Positions 9,343 to 18,591 are shown, numbered from the stretch's first letter. The stretch is DNA of 37,008 nt from Candidatus Udaeobacter sp. (GCA_036269155.1 DATASP010000152.1:1-37008), one strand, 5' to 3'. Translations and numbers: made by a program. The notes: a model not told the origin generated them from the sequence alone.

Positions 9343-9540
9343 CGCGACGGTGATGGAAGGGATGCCCGAGTTTACAATTTGCAGACCCAACTGTGCTATA
9401 AAAGTAAGCCGATGCTTCCTCAAATTGTCGCACTTCACTTCCTAAAATGAACGAGCCCGAGCGCAAAACGCGTTCGACTGCCGCCAGTTCTTGTCGCTGC
9501 AATTCCCCGGCTCGGATGTCATATCATTCATCCGAATCAT
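9343..9540 (-). pseudogene. Decayed N-terminal remnant of a DegT/DnrJ/EryC1/StrS (ArnB-like) sugar aminotransferase
   Basis: The ATG at 9540-9538 overlaps the SDR stop as ATGA. Three frame segments read MIRMND / YDIRAGELQRQELAAVERVLRSGSFILGSEVRQFEEASAYF / AQLGLQIVNSGIPSITVA. These match the family N-terminus (VL.SG.FILG.EV..FE..FA.Y ... VNSGT.AL.LAL), but stops and two frameshifts interrupt them. Nothing past about codon 65 remains. Confidence 0.6.
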
Positions 9541-10544
9541 GGCGTGGAATTCCAATAATGGGCGCGGTGTTTCCGATAGTATTCGAGCGTCTGGGTTAAA
9601 CCATTTCGCAACGAGACCTGCGGAGACCAGCCAAGCACATTGTCAATCTTGCTAAAGTCACCATAATAATCGCCGATGTCGATGACGTCCCGGTCGGCGG
9701 GGAATGGGACGAGTTCGTAACGTCCGCCGTGATTTAGATCAACAAGCAAGCTCGCTAATTCGTGCAAACTAATGTGCTCGCTGTGTCCTAGATTGAACAC
9801 CTCGCCTTCGGATTCCATTTGGGCCGCTGCCAGCAAGAACGCCTCCACAACATCAGCAACGAAATTAAAATCGCGCCGTTGATTTCCACTGCCGAAGACT
9901 TGAATCGGCTTGCCTTCGATGAGGTGACGAATCCAGACACCGAGAAACGTTTGACGGGCATCTTTGACACGCATGCCCGGGCCATAAGTATTTGTCAAAC
10001 GCAAGGCGCAGGTCCGGATTTTGTAAACATTGTTGTAGAGCAAATGATACCATTCTCCGGCTAGTTTATTGATGCCATTCACGTCGGTAGGATTAACAGG
10101 ATGTTTTTCGTCAACGGGCAAATACTGCGGCCGCCCATAAATCTGACGGGTGCCGGCGAAAACAATTTTCACGCCCCGATTGTGCAATCGGCAAGCTTCG
10201 AGAATGTGCAGTTGCGCTGCGGCGTTGATGTTCAAATCGGTGAGCGGATCCGTCATTGAATCGAGGTGGCTAGTCTGGCCCGCGAGGTTGAAGAGAAAGT
10301 CGCGCCCCTTGATCAGAGAGGCCATGGCGTTTTGGTCGCGTACATCCGCCGTGTTCAGTTCGACGCGATCCCGGATGTCGTGGATATTGAAGAGGTTGCC
10401 GCCATATTCCGCAATCAGGCTGTCAACCAGCATGACCTTTGCGCCCAAGTTGACGAGACGCCTGGCCAGCGAGGAACCGATGAATCCCAGACCGCCTGTG
10501 ATGAGGACATCCGATCGGGAGAAAATACTGGCGTCGAAGTGCAC
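9537..10544 (-). CDS. Extended SDR family NAD-dependent sugar epimerase/dehydratase
   Basis: Rossmann motif VLITGGLGFIGSSLARRLV. The sequence FAGTRQIYG...PVNPTDVNGINKLAGE aligns to the canonical SS..VYG...P.SPYG.SK.AGE block. I propose the GTG start at 10544 (MHFDASIFSRSDVLITGG). The track start at 10709 would overlap the divergent GT2 gene by 67 nt. Confidence 0.85.
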   Translation of the reverse strand: MHFDASIFSRSDVLITGGLGFIGSSLARRLVNLGAKVMLVDSLIAEYGGNLFNIHDIRDRVELNTADVRDQNAMASLIKGRDFLFNLAGQTSHLDSMTDPLTDLNINAAAQLHILEACRLHNRGVKIVFAGTRQIYGRPQYLPVDEKHPVNPTDVNGINKLAGEWYHLLYNNVYKIRTCALRLTNTYGPGMRVKDARQTFLGVWIRHLIEGKPIQVFGSGNQRRDFNFVADVVEAFLLAAAQMESEGEVFNLGHSEHISLHELASLLVDLNHGGRYELVPFPADRDVIDIGDYYGDFSKIDNVLGWSPQVSLRNGLTQTLEYYRKHRAHYWNSTP

Positions 10545-10642
10545 AGCAAACTGTAGGTCTCGAACAGGAAGATTTTCGATAACTTTTCGCGCTTTTTTTA
10601 CAAAAATCCGACAGAGTTGGAATAGAACCTGACAACGCCTCG

Positions 10643-11626
10643 ATGTGCGCCGAACGAACCACACCTGACCTATCGTTAGTGATTCCGGTTTACAACGGGA
10701 GTTGCACAATCGGCCCGCTTGTCGAGCGCATCACAAGGGTTTTCGCGTTCACACCTTTCCAGATCGTTTTGGTAAATGACGGTTCAGAGGATAATAGCGA
10801 AATCGTTTGCGCGAAGCTGGCTGAAAAATTTCCGCAGAGCGTGACGTTCGTCCATCTTAGTCGGAATTTTGGGGAGCACAGTGCCGTCCTCGCCGGGCTC
10901 AGCCATGCGCGCGGTCGGTATGTTGCGGTACTTGACGACGACGGCCAGAATCCGCCGGAAGAAATAGTACCGATGCTTCAAGAATTAAAGCGCAAGAACT
11001 ACGATGTTGTTTACGGTCATTACATCGACAAACAACATTCATGGTTCCGCAACGCGGGGAGCAGATTCAACGATCGTATCGCGACGTTGATGCTGCACAA
11101 ACCAAAAGACCTTTATCTCTCGAGTTTCAAGGTTATGGACCGTTTCCTGGTCGATGAAATCGTCAAGTATCGCGGTCCGTTTCCATATATCGACGGTTTG
11201 ATTTACCGAAGCACCGGCAAGATTGGGCAAATACAAGTCGACCATCGCGCCAGCATTGCCGGACCGTCACGCTACACATTTCGAAAACTCGTTCGGTTGT
11301 GGTTGAATATGTTCTTGAATTTTTCCGTCAAACCGCTGCGATTTTCCGTCTATGTCGGCCTGTTTGTAGCCTGTTTGAGCATCTTGGCGCTCGGTTTGAT
11401 TTTGATAGACAAGATTTGGATCACCCCGAACCTGACACTTGGAATTCCAACAGTGCTCGCAAGTATTGTTTTCTTTTCGGGCGTCCAGCTCATGATTCTT
11501 GGTCTCATCGGTGAGTACCTTGGCCGTCTATATCTCGATCAAACTGGCACGCCACAATACATCGTGCGCTACGTGATACGTGCCGACAACCAAGCAGACG
11601 CGTCCATTGCCGCTGGCCAACAATGA
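10643..11626 (+). CDS. GT2 polyprenyl-phosphate glycosyltransferase (ArnC/GtrB/CsbB/DPM1-like)
   Basis: Motifs: LSLVIPVYNG, VLVNDGSEDNS, RNFGEHSAVLAGL, VLDDDGQNPPEEI. It also has the two C-terminal TM helices typical of this subfamily (VYVGLFVACLSILALGLILI and IVFFSGVQLMILGLIGEYLGRLY). Confidence 0.9.
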   Translation: MCAERTTPDLSLVIPVYNGSCTIGPLVERITRVFAFTPFQIVLVNDGSEDNSEIVCAKLAEKFPQSVTFVHLSRNFGEHSAVLAGLSHARGRYVAVLDDDGQNPPEEIVPMLQELKRKNYDVVYGHYIDKQHSWFRNAGSRFNDRIATLMLHKPKDLYLSSFKVMDRFLVDEIVKYRGPFPYIDGLIYRSTGKIGQIQVDHRASIAGPSRYTFRKLVRLWLNMFLNFSVKPLRFSVYVGLFVACLSILALGLILIDKIWITPNLTLGIPTVLASIVFFSGVQLMILGLIGEYLGRLYLDQTGTPQYIVRYVIRADNQADASIAAGQQ

Positions 11627-11678
11627 AACGCTGCCTGTTTGATACCTGTGCTCAGCACCGCTTTTGTCATGACAATGC

Positions 11679-12488
11679 GTGACCCGCAGGCGACAGGCAG
11701 TCTGGGCATTTTTGTGTCGCAAACGTGATCCAGTGAAGCCATCTGAATACGAAATCATGTTTCGCGTCGAGCAGACGCACTGGTGGTATCGCGCGCTGCA
11801 CCGCCTAATCTTTGATACCCTGGAAAGAGAACTGCCTGATTGGCCTGAGAAGGCAATCCTCGATGCCGGCTGCGGCACGGGTGCGATTCTGAAGCAGCTC
11901 GGGAATGAGGAAAGAAATGTCGGTGTCGATTTGGCGTCGGAAGCCATCTCGTTTTGCAACGAACGCGGTCTAAACAACGTGCGACAAGCCAACATTTGTG
12001 CGCTGCCATTCGCAAACGCCTCATTCGATGCCGTGATTTGCTCGAGCGTCCTTTACCACCAGTGGGTGAAGGACATCGCGGGCGCAGTTTGCGAGTTCTA
12101 TCGCATCCTGCGTCCGGGTGGGTTGTTGCTCGTGAACGTCCCGGCTTATGGGTTTCTGCACAGCGCCCATGACGACGCGGTGATGACCGCGCGACGGTTC
12201 AGGATAAGCGAGATTCGCGCGCTCCTGCTGGAGAATAGCTTCGCGATACGGCGATTAACCTACTGGACTACGTTGCTCTTTCCGTTCGCCGTTTTGGCCC
12301 GAACTCTAGGCTGGTCAAAAACTGGACGCGATTTCTCCAGGACGGGAGAACCACCTGGTTTCGCCGATTACTTCTTCCCGAGAATCATGGCACTTGAACG
12401 CACCTTGTTGAAAAAGCTCTCTCTTCCATTTGGCGTGGCCCTGCTGGCGGCTGCCACAAAACGAGTGGTTAGTCGTCGCCAGGATTAG
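11679..12488 (+). CDS. Class I SAM-dependent methyltransferase
   Basis: Motif I ILDAGCGTGAILKQLG and post-I VGVDLASEAISF. N-terminal YE.M...EQTHWWY block and LRPGGLLLVNVP. The start is uncertain: GTG at 11679, TTG at 11712 or GTG at 11733. Confidence 0.85.
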   Translation: MTRRRQAVWAFLCRKRDPVKPSEYEIMFRVEQTHWWYRALHRLIFDTLERELPDWPEKAILDAGCGTGAILKQLGNEERNVGVDLASEAISFCNERGLNNVRQANICALPFANASFDAVICSSVLYHQWVKDIAGAVCEFYRILRPGGLLLVNVPAYGFLHSAHDDAVMTARRFRISEIRALLLENSFAIRRLTYWTTLLFPFAVLARTLGWSKTGRDFSRTGEPPGFADYFFPRIMALERTLLKKLSLPFGVALLAAATKRVVSRRQD

Positions 12489-12515
12489 TGAAGGATTATT
12501 CTTCTTTTGTTCAAG

Positions 12516-14936
12516 ATGGGCAACAATACCCCGGCGGTGCGGCAGGTAGCTCACACGTCTGGACCGCCAACTAGTATCCTTCCTGCCTTTGGACGTTTTC
12601 TCGGTCCTTTTCTGACTGCCTTGGTTCTGCTGTTGGTCGGAGTCCTGGTATTTCACAACTTCCTCCTGGGCGATAAAGTACTCTTGTACAAAGATATCGG
12701 AGCCGATTCTATAAACGATTCGTATCCTTATTTCGTTCACCTCTCAGATTATCTTCGGCGCGAAGGCTTCCCTTCCTGGTCTTTTTATGTCGGAATGGGC
12801 CAAAGTCTTTTCTATCTTACAGGTAACTTGATCTGGGAGCCCGTTATCTGGCTGCCAAGAGAGCTGATTGCCCGAGCTCTTGTATTTCAACATTTGCTTA
12901 AGACTTTGGTAGCTGGATTGTTGTTCTTTCGTTTTCTGCAGCTACGCGGCATCAATCTGTGCGCCGCGCTAACAGGTGCGCTCTTGCTCTCTTTCTCCGC
13001 TTACATGTGCGTGGGTAGCTGCTGGATCATCAGCGCAGATGAAGTTGTAAGCTTTACGTTTCTGTTGTTCGCGGTCGAAGAAGCGATTTCTCGCAGTCGC
13101 TGGATTTACATTCCCCTTGCGGTCGCTCTTATCGGCCTGGTGACGGTATTTCATCTCTACTTGAGTGCGGTATTGCTCTCCTTGTACGTGCCGATGCGGT
13201 TGGTCGAAATATATGGTTGGAAGCCACGAGTCTTGTCCCGCGTTTCTGTTCAGCTCGCTGCGGTCGCTTTGCTGGGTATTGGTCTGGCGGCGGTTATCTG
13301 CCTTGGAAGTGCCTACTCCATTCTGAATAGTCCGCGCGGATCGGGTACGATCGCCAACTTCACTTGGGGACCAACGCCGTCCGTGTTTCAACTCGAGTCG
13401 CCTCTCTACTATGTAACAGCCGCGTTGAGACCATTTTCAACCGATATGGTCGGGACTGGAGATCAGTTTCGGGGTTGGGAAAACTATTTCGAAGCGCCGA
13501 TGATCTATTGCGGGCTGCTTCCTCTACTCATGTTGCCGCAAGCATTTATCGGGGCTACCCGTTGGCAACGCCTTCTCTGCGGTCTGTTCCTAAGTTTTAT
13601 AGTTGTTCCGATCGTGTTCCCATGGTTCCGATATCTTTTTTGGGGATTTCAGGGTGGCTATTTCAGAACGTTTGCATTGTTCTCGATTTTCGGAATTATC
13701 ACGCTAAGCATGACGGCTTTCTCGCGCTGCATGGAGCGCCGAAGCTTCGGTCTTTGGACTCTGGGCGTCAGTCTGCTTGTATTACTAGGTGTTCTCTACT
13801 TGCCGATCAACGAAATCCAGGTGCTTATTAATCATGAGCTGAGGCAGGCTGCCGCTATTTTCCTTATTCTATACGCAGCTCTGCTGATAACCGGCCAGAT
13901 CGTGAAGCGGCAAAGTATCACGGGATGGATAATTCTACTCGTGGCCGCTATTGAGGTTATTCACTTCGATCGAATAACTGTGAATCGCCCGACCGTTACA
14001 AAACAAGAATTAAATGAGCGGGTCGGCTTTAATGACAAGACGGTCGACGCCGTCCGTGACATCAAGGCGAGCGATAACAGCTTCTTTCGTATCACCAAGA
14101 CCTGGGGCTCGGGACCTGCGAAGATTCCTAGCTACAACGATGCGATGGTTTTTGGCTATTATGGCACGTTGTCTTACAGCTCTTTTAACAGTCTCAACTA
14201 TATCAAGTTCTTGCTGGCTGTGGACGCCATTTCGAGGGCCGATATCGCTGTAGATGCACAGTGGTCAAAGGGTTTGGTCGGACATCCTCTGCTCTCGACT
14301 TTCGCTTGCGAGAAGTACCTAATCGCTAAAGATGTTGTGCCATCCGATGTCCCCGAGCAGTTCGAATTTATTCGACGTTATGGCAGCATTTATCTCTTCC
14401 GCAATAAGTTGTTTCTTCCATTTGGACTCGCATTCGACCGCTACATTCCCGAAGATATATTTCTGCAACTGCCCAGCCAGGTAAAGCCGCAAGCGCTGCT
14501 GCATGCCGTCGTTCTTTCTGAGCAAAATGCCGCTCATAAACCGGAGCTTTCACAGCTATCTCTCGATGAATTAAAGCAGCAAATGAGCGAAACCTCGCTT
14601 CCAGATGCTCTTGCCGAGCGCCGAGCGGCGGCTCTAAGTATCCACTCCTTTAAACAAACACGAATCGAGGGAACCGCTCGGATCAATCAGAAGGGAATCG
14701 TCGTGTTTCAGACGCCGTTTGATGCGGGTTGGCATGCCTTCAGCGATGGCCGGGCTACACCCACGCTTAGGGTGGACGCCGGGCTGCTGGGCATCGCCCT
14801 GGAGGAGGGCGAACATAGGATAGAGCTGCGCTACCGGCCGCCCCTGCTGTATGCGGGTGCAGCCGTGACGATCCTGTCTTGCAGTGTTCTTTTCTTGAGC
14901 CTGCGGAGGTGGCCGCGGATTCGCTTACTTAATTGA
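12516..14936 (+). CDS. YfhO-family polytopic membrane protein (GT-C-type glycosyltransferase family)
   Basis: About 806 aa with many TMs. N-terminal loop GADSINDSYPYFVHLSDYLRREGFPSWSFYVGMGQ. The C-terminal extracytoplasmic domain ends in the YfhO-typical block FQTPFDAGWHAFSDGRATPTLRVDAGLLGIALEEGEHRIELRYRPP plus a final TM. ATG at 12516. Confidence 0.85.
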   Translation: MGNNTPAVRQVAHTSGPPTSILPAFGRFLGPFLTALVLLLVGVLVFHNFLLGDKVLLYKDIGADSINDSYPYFVHLSDYLRREGFPSWSFYVGMGQSLFYLTGNLIWEPVIWLPRELIARALVFQHLLKTLVAGLLFFRFLQLRGINLCAALTGALLLSFSAYMCVGSCWIISADEVVSFTFLLFAVEEAISRSRWIYIPLAVALIGLVTVFHLYLSAVLLSLYVPMRLVEIYGWKPRVLSRVSVQLAAVALLGIGLAAVICLGSAYSILNSPRGSGTIANFTWGPTPSVFQLESPLYYVTAALRPFSTDMVGTGDQFRGWENYFEAPMIYCGLLPLLMLPQAFIGATRWQRLLCGLFLSFIVVPIVFPWFRYLFWGFQGGYFRTFALFSIFGIITLSMTAFSRCMERRSFGLWTLGVSLLVLLGVLYLPINEIQVLINHELRQAAAIFLILYAALLITGQIVKRQSITGWIILLVAAIEVIHFDRITVNRPTVTKQELNERVGFNDKTVDAVRDIKASDNSFFRITKTWGSGPAKIPSYNDAMVFGYYGTLSYSSFNSLNYIKFLLAVDAISRADIAVDAQWSKGLVGHPLLSTFACEKYLIAKDVVPSDVPEQFEFIRRYGSIYLFRNKLFLPFGLAFDRYIPEDIFLQLPSQVKPQALLHAVVLSEQNAAHKPELSQLSLDELKQQMSETSLPDALAERRAAALSIHSFKQTRIEGTARINQKGIVVFQTPFDAGWHAFSDGRATPTLRVDAGLLGIALEEGEHRIELRYRPPLLYAGAAVTILSCSVLFLSLRRWPRIRLLN

Positions 14937-15030
14937 AGGTGTTTCAAGCCCCTCGCAGCAAAAGCCTCAGCGGCGTGCGCGGTCATCAAAATCCGCGTCG
15001 CAGGACGGGATAACATTAAACCATTGCGTC

Positions 15031-16551
15031 ATGCTCCCTCTTATAAAACGACTCGCCAACATATTTGCAAAGTTTCGTAACCAACGGTTGTTGATCTTGC
15101 TGTTATGTTTCATGGCGTCGCTTCGAGTTTTTGTTTTTGCGGCTGCTTTCCCCTTTTTTAGCAATGGCGACGAAGACCTACATTTCGACCTTGTCACACA
15201 ATACTTTGCCGGCCGGCCGCCGCGCACATTCGATGTGCTAACAGACGAATCCCTCAGCTTTATTGTCCCCTACGCTTCGCCGGAATTTCTTCAAACACCA
15301 GATCAGTTCCCGAACGCAAGATTTCCGCGACCTTTGTGGAAGCAATCTGTCGCGGAGGCGGCGCCCGTTATTGAAGCGACAAAGGCTGCCTGGCAAAACG
15401 AGATCAACTGGGAATCTTCCCAACCGCCACTGTATTACGCGATCACTGGCCTTTGGTGGAGGTTTGGGCAGTGCATCGGACTAACAGGAATTGAATTGTT
15501 GTACTGGATTCGTTTCCTGAATGCGCTCCTCATCTCGATATTAGTGTGGCTTGGTCATGTGATTGGGCGTACTGTTGGGACAGACCATGTTGGCTTGAGT
15601 GTTGGCGTGCCGCTGCTGCTTGCGTTCATTCCGCAGGATGTATTCTACGTTCTTAGCAACGACGTTCTATCCCCGATTTGTTTCGGGGCGGTTCTCTTTT
15701 GCGTCATGCAATTGTTGCGAAAGGAATCACCGAGCTTCTTGCTCGGCGCAGTCACCGGTCTGGCGATCGCAGCGACCTATCTTACAAAATTGAGCAACTT
15801 ACCTTTGCTCACAGTCGCGGTCATTGCCGTCGTTGCGAAGTCGCTGCCGGGCTTTCGGCGAGGGCCTGCTGCCGCAACCCTTGCGCTGCTACCGATGATT
15901 CTTTGTGCTGGAATCCCAATCGGCAGCTGGATGCTTTGGAGCAAGGCTCATTTCGGCGACGTTACTGGGTCGACAACCGCGATCGCACTCCTTAGCTGGA
16001 CACGAAAACCGTTCGCCGATTGGTGGGGCCATCCCATTTTTTCTTTGCGGGGCTCGTGGACTTTTTGGTCCGATCTAGTCGCAAGGTTTTGGCGTGGCGA
16101 ACTCATGTGGCACAATCGCGAATTGAGTTCACGCATCGCCGATGGATTTTATGCGATCTCATCGTTGTTCTTCCTGTGTGCCGCGATGACAGGAATTCGA
16201 TGGGATACCCGGCTATCGGTGTTCCAACGACAGGCGCTCCTCTTGGCGGCTTCCACGTTCGGCGCGGCGCTCGCATTTCTTGCGCTGCTCTCCATTCAGT
16301 TCGATTTTGGCCAATGCATTTATCCGTCTCGCGCCTACCCATATTTCACATCGGGGCGCTTGATCAGCGGTGCTCTCATTCCGTTCGCGTTGTTGTACGC
16401 CTACGGTGTCATCCGTCTTCTAAGTCGAGCCGGCAATGCGTTGCTGCCATTGGTCGTGCTTGCAACCATCATGGTTTCTGTTTCGATATCGGACGCGCTC
16501 CTCAACTACGAGGTATTTGCGAGCGAACACAATTGGTTTCATCTTCCATGA
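15031..16551 (+). CDS. Polytopic GT-C-like membrane protein (DUF2142/ArnT-like; family assignment tentative)
   Basis: 506 aa with at least 11 predicted TMs. The first loop carries acidic/His motif SNGDEDLHFD. ESSQPPLYYAITGLWW resembles the (H/Q)PPLYY block of ArnT/PMT_2-type enzymes. Confidence 0.6.
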   Translation: MLPLIKRLANIFAKFRNQRLLILLLCFMASLRVFVFAAAFPFFSNGDEDLHFDLVTQYFAGRPPRTFDVLTDESLSFIVPYASPEFLQTPDQFPNARFPRPLWKQSVAEAAPVIEATKAAWQNEINWESSQPPLYYAITGLWWRFGQCIGLTGIELLYWIRFLNALLISILVWLGHVIGRTVGTDHVGLSVGVPLLLAFIPQDVFYVLSNDVLSPICFGAVLFCVMQLLRKESPSFLLGAVTGLAIAATYLTKLSNLPLLTVAVIAVVAKSLPGFRRGPAAATLALLPMILCAGIPIGSWMLWSKAHFGDVTGSTTAIALLSWTRKPFADWWGHPIFSLRGSWTFWSDLVARFWRGELMWHNRELSSRIADGFYAISSLFFLCAAMTGIRWDTRLSVFQRQALLLAASTFGAALAFLALLSIQFDFGQCIYPSRAYPYFTSGRLISGALIPFALLYAYGVIRLLSRAGNALLPLVVLATIMVSVSISDALLNYEVFASEHNWFHLP

Positions 16552-16707
16552 AATCCTCCGGCCGGCATTCCGACTCAGTTCGCTGTCGCCAGTTGCGCGA
16601 TCTCAAGCGCGATAATCCCGTAGCGAGACGCCTGCCGCGGCTTGCACGTGCCAAGCGTTCCGCAACCAGCACGACATCTGAAACGCCTGGCTATCCCTTC
16701 TGATTGA

Positions 16708-16800
16708 GTCGTGCTGTCCTTATCCGTGCTGTTTGCTGCGGTGACAATCCTGCCCTACCGGCTAGCGTGGAATAGCCGTCTTAACTGAAACGACTACGCG
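16708..16800 (+). pseudogene. Possible decayed N-terminal fragment of a type-A TMTC-like paralogue
   Basis: Translation VVLSLSVLFAAVTILPYRLAWNSRLN*NDYALND, compared with P1 FFVLLLAAVTIFAYRPAWNGGFLWDDDDYITKND. The core AAVTI..YR.AWN matches 10 of 13 residues. The DNA is about two-thirds identical over 42 nt, and a TGA sits where the W of WDD is expected. Confidence 0.35.
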
Positions 16801-16915
16801 TTAAACGATGGTTGTCGCCTGCACCTAATTAAAAGACCCTCTCTCAAGTGCAAAGAACCGACGCAATGCAATCGCGTAGTTGCAACCTGCTATTTTTCAC
16901 ATCAATAGCCCTTCC

Positions 16916-18559
16916 ATGACTAGCCAGAGTGACTTTCATGACAAAACCTTGCGAGTCGCGTGGTGGACTTTGGCGGTAATCGTTTTTGGCGTCACCGTCG
17001 CAATCCGGATTCGACTTCTAGAGATTCCGCTTGAGCGCGACGAAGGGGAATACGCTTATGCCGGCCAACTAATGTTGCAAGGCATCCCTCCATACAAGCT
17101 CGCCTATAACATGAAGTTTCCGGGAACGTATGGGGCGTATGCCGTGATTATGTCAATCTTCGGACAAACAATCGTTGGCATTCATTTCGGTTTGCTTTTG
17201 GTCAATGCCATCACAATCGCGCTTATTTTCATACTGGGGCGACGGCTGATGAATTCGACTGTGGGAATCGCGGCAGCAACGAGCTATGCCGTTCTCTCCA
17301 TCAGTCCATCCGTCCTGGGGCTAGCTGCTCACGCCACGAATTTTATGATGGTATTCGTTCTCGGTGGGACATTGCTGATGCTAAGGCTATCGGAGTCAGA
17401 GCGGCATTCGTTCGAACGACTATCCGCAAGTGGATTGCTCTTTGGCATCGGCGTGTTGATGAAGCAGCCCGCGCTGTTTTTTATCCCGTTTGGAGCAATC
17501 CACCTTCTCTGGAATGATGTCCACCAACAAATTACCCTGAAAAAAATCCTTCTACGAAACCTGATTTTCGGGGTTGCTGCAATTGTCCCCCTCGCAATCA
17601 CATGTCTCATTCTTTGGTACGCAGGCGTATTCGATAAATTCTGGTTCTGGACAGTTAGGTACGCTGCCCAATACGGCACTTTTCTTATAGGTGAGATATA
17701 CAGTGGCAAGTGGCCGTTATACCGGGCCATGCAGGTTTCTGGTCAGAGCATCACAGAAGCCATTGGAATGGCCTGGGGATTGTGGGCATTGGCCGGACTC
17801 GGCTTGATGGTCGGACTTTGGGAAAGGAGGAGTCGCCGCAGCACAACTTTTCTGCTCGGCTTGCTAGTGTTCTCGGCTTTAGCGGTATGCCAGGGATTTT
17901 ATTTTCGACCGCATTATTTTATTATGATCCTCCCGGCGGTCTCGCTGCTTGTCGGCGTCGCAATTAGCAACCTGTCCGATCTCCTGACCAGCCGGATGAT
18001 TGTGGTTAGATTCGCGCCGCTGTTTCTGCTCGGCATAATCCTTGCCCTGCCAATTTTCTGGGAGAAGAAGTTCTTCTTTGTAGTCTCTCCAGTTGAAGCC
18101 TCCCGAATGATTTACTCCGATAATCCGTTCGCCGAGTCGGTTAAAATCGCAGACTATCTGCGAGATCACACAAGCCCGGATGATACAATCGCGGTGTTGG
18201 GATCGGAACCGGAGATTTATTTTTATGCGCAGCGGCATTCGGCAACCGGATATATTTACACTTACGGCTTAATGGAACCGCAACAATACGCACAGCAGAT
18301 GCAACAGGAGATGATTCGTGAGATCGAACGTGCCCGTCCAGAGTACCTGATCTCGGTCGTCATGTTTTATTCCTGGTTGTGGCGTCCCGGGTCTGAGCAG
18401 GCAATCTTTACCTGGGTAAACGAATACACAGCGGCAAATTATGCCGTAGTTGGATTTGTGAACATTACGCCTAGGCAAACCGATTATTTCTTTGGGGATG
18501 TCCCACCGTCAGTCGAGAGTCTTAAGGATTACATATTGATTTACAAAAGGAACGACTAA
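16916..18559 (+). CDS. ArnT/PMT_2-like GT-C membrane glycosyltransferase homologue
   Basis: The loop-1 motif LERDEGEYAYAGQLMLQGIPPYKLAYNMKFPG is typical of the family 39/83-like DEG.Y block. It has at least 11 TMs and a C-terminal soluble domain. I prefer the ATG at 16916 to the TTG at 16880. Confidence 0.7.
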   Translation: MTSQSDFHDKTLRVAWWTLAVIVFGVTVAIRIRLLEIPLERDEGEYAYAGQLMLQGIPPYKLAYNMKFPGTYGAYAVIMSIFGQTIVGIHFGLLLVNAITIALIFILGRRLMNSTVGIAAATSYAVLSISPSVLGLAAHATNFMMVFVLGGTLLMLRLSESERHSFERLSASGLLFGIGVLMKQPALFFIPFGAIHLLWNDVHQQITLKKILLRNLIFGVAAIVPLAITCLILWYAGVFDKFWFWTVRYAAQYGTFLIGEIYSGKWPLYRAMQVSGQSITEAIGMAWGLWALAGLGLMVGLWERRSRRSTTFLLGLLVFSALAVCQGFYFRPHYFIMILPAVSLLVGVAISNLSDLLTSRMIVVRFAPLFLLGIILALPIFWEKKFFFVVSPVEASRMIYSDNPFAESVKIADYLRDHTSPDDTIAVLGSEPEIYFYAQRHSATGYIYTYGLMEPQQYAQQMQQEMIREIERARPEYLISVVMFYSWLWRPGSEQAIFTWVNEYTAANYAVVGFVNITPRQTDYFFGDVPPSVESLKDYILIYKRND

Positions 18560-18591
18560 GCCTCTTTTTCTCACGGATTCGAGAGCAGCAA

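Noticed and set aside
9313-9438. 42-codon N-terminal extension of the P1 ORF in the track
   Set aside because: This stretch is the out-of-register tail of the DegT-like relic (IVNSGIPSITVA). The other paralogues have only 10-40 residues before TM1. A GTG at 9312 gives a normal N-terminus.
10545-10709. 55-codon N-terminal extension of the SDR ORF
   Set aside because: It would overlap the divergently transcribed GT2 start by 67 nt, and it precedes the Rossmann motif with non-family sequence. The GTG at 10544 gives the usual short lead-in to VLITGG.
16020-16703. 227-aa + strand ORF overlapping the 3' end of the DUF2142-like gene
   Set aside because: It is an alternative frame of a clearly membrane-protein-coding region. 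Its composition is Arg/Ser/Cys-rich and it has no motifs.
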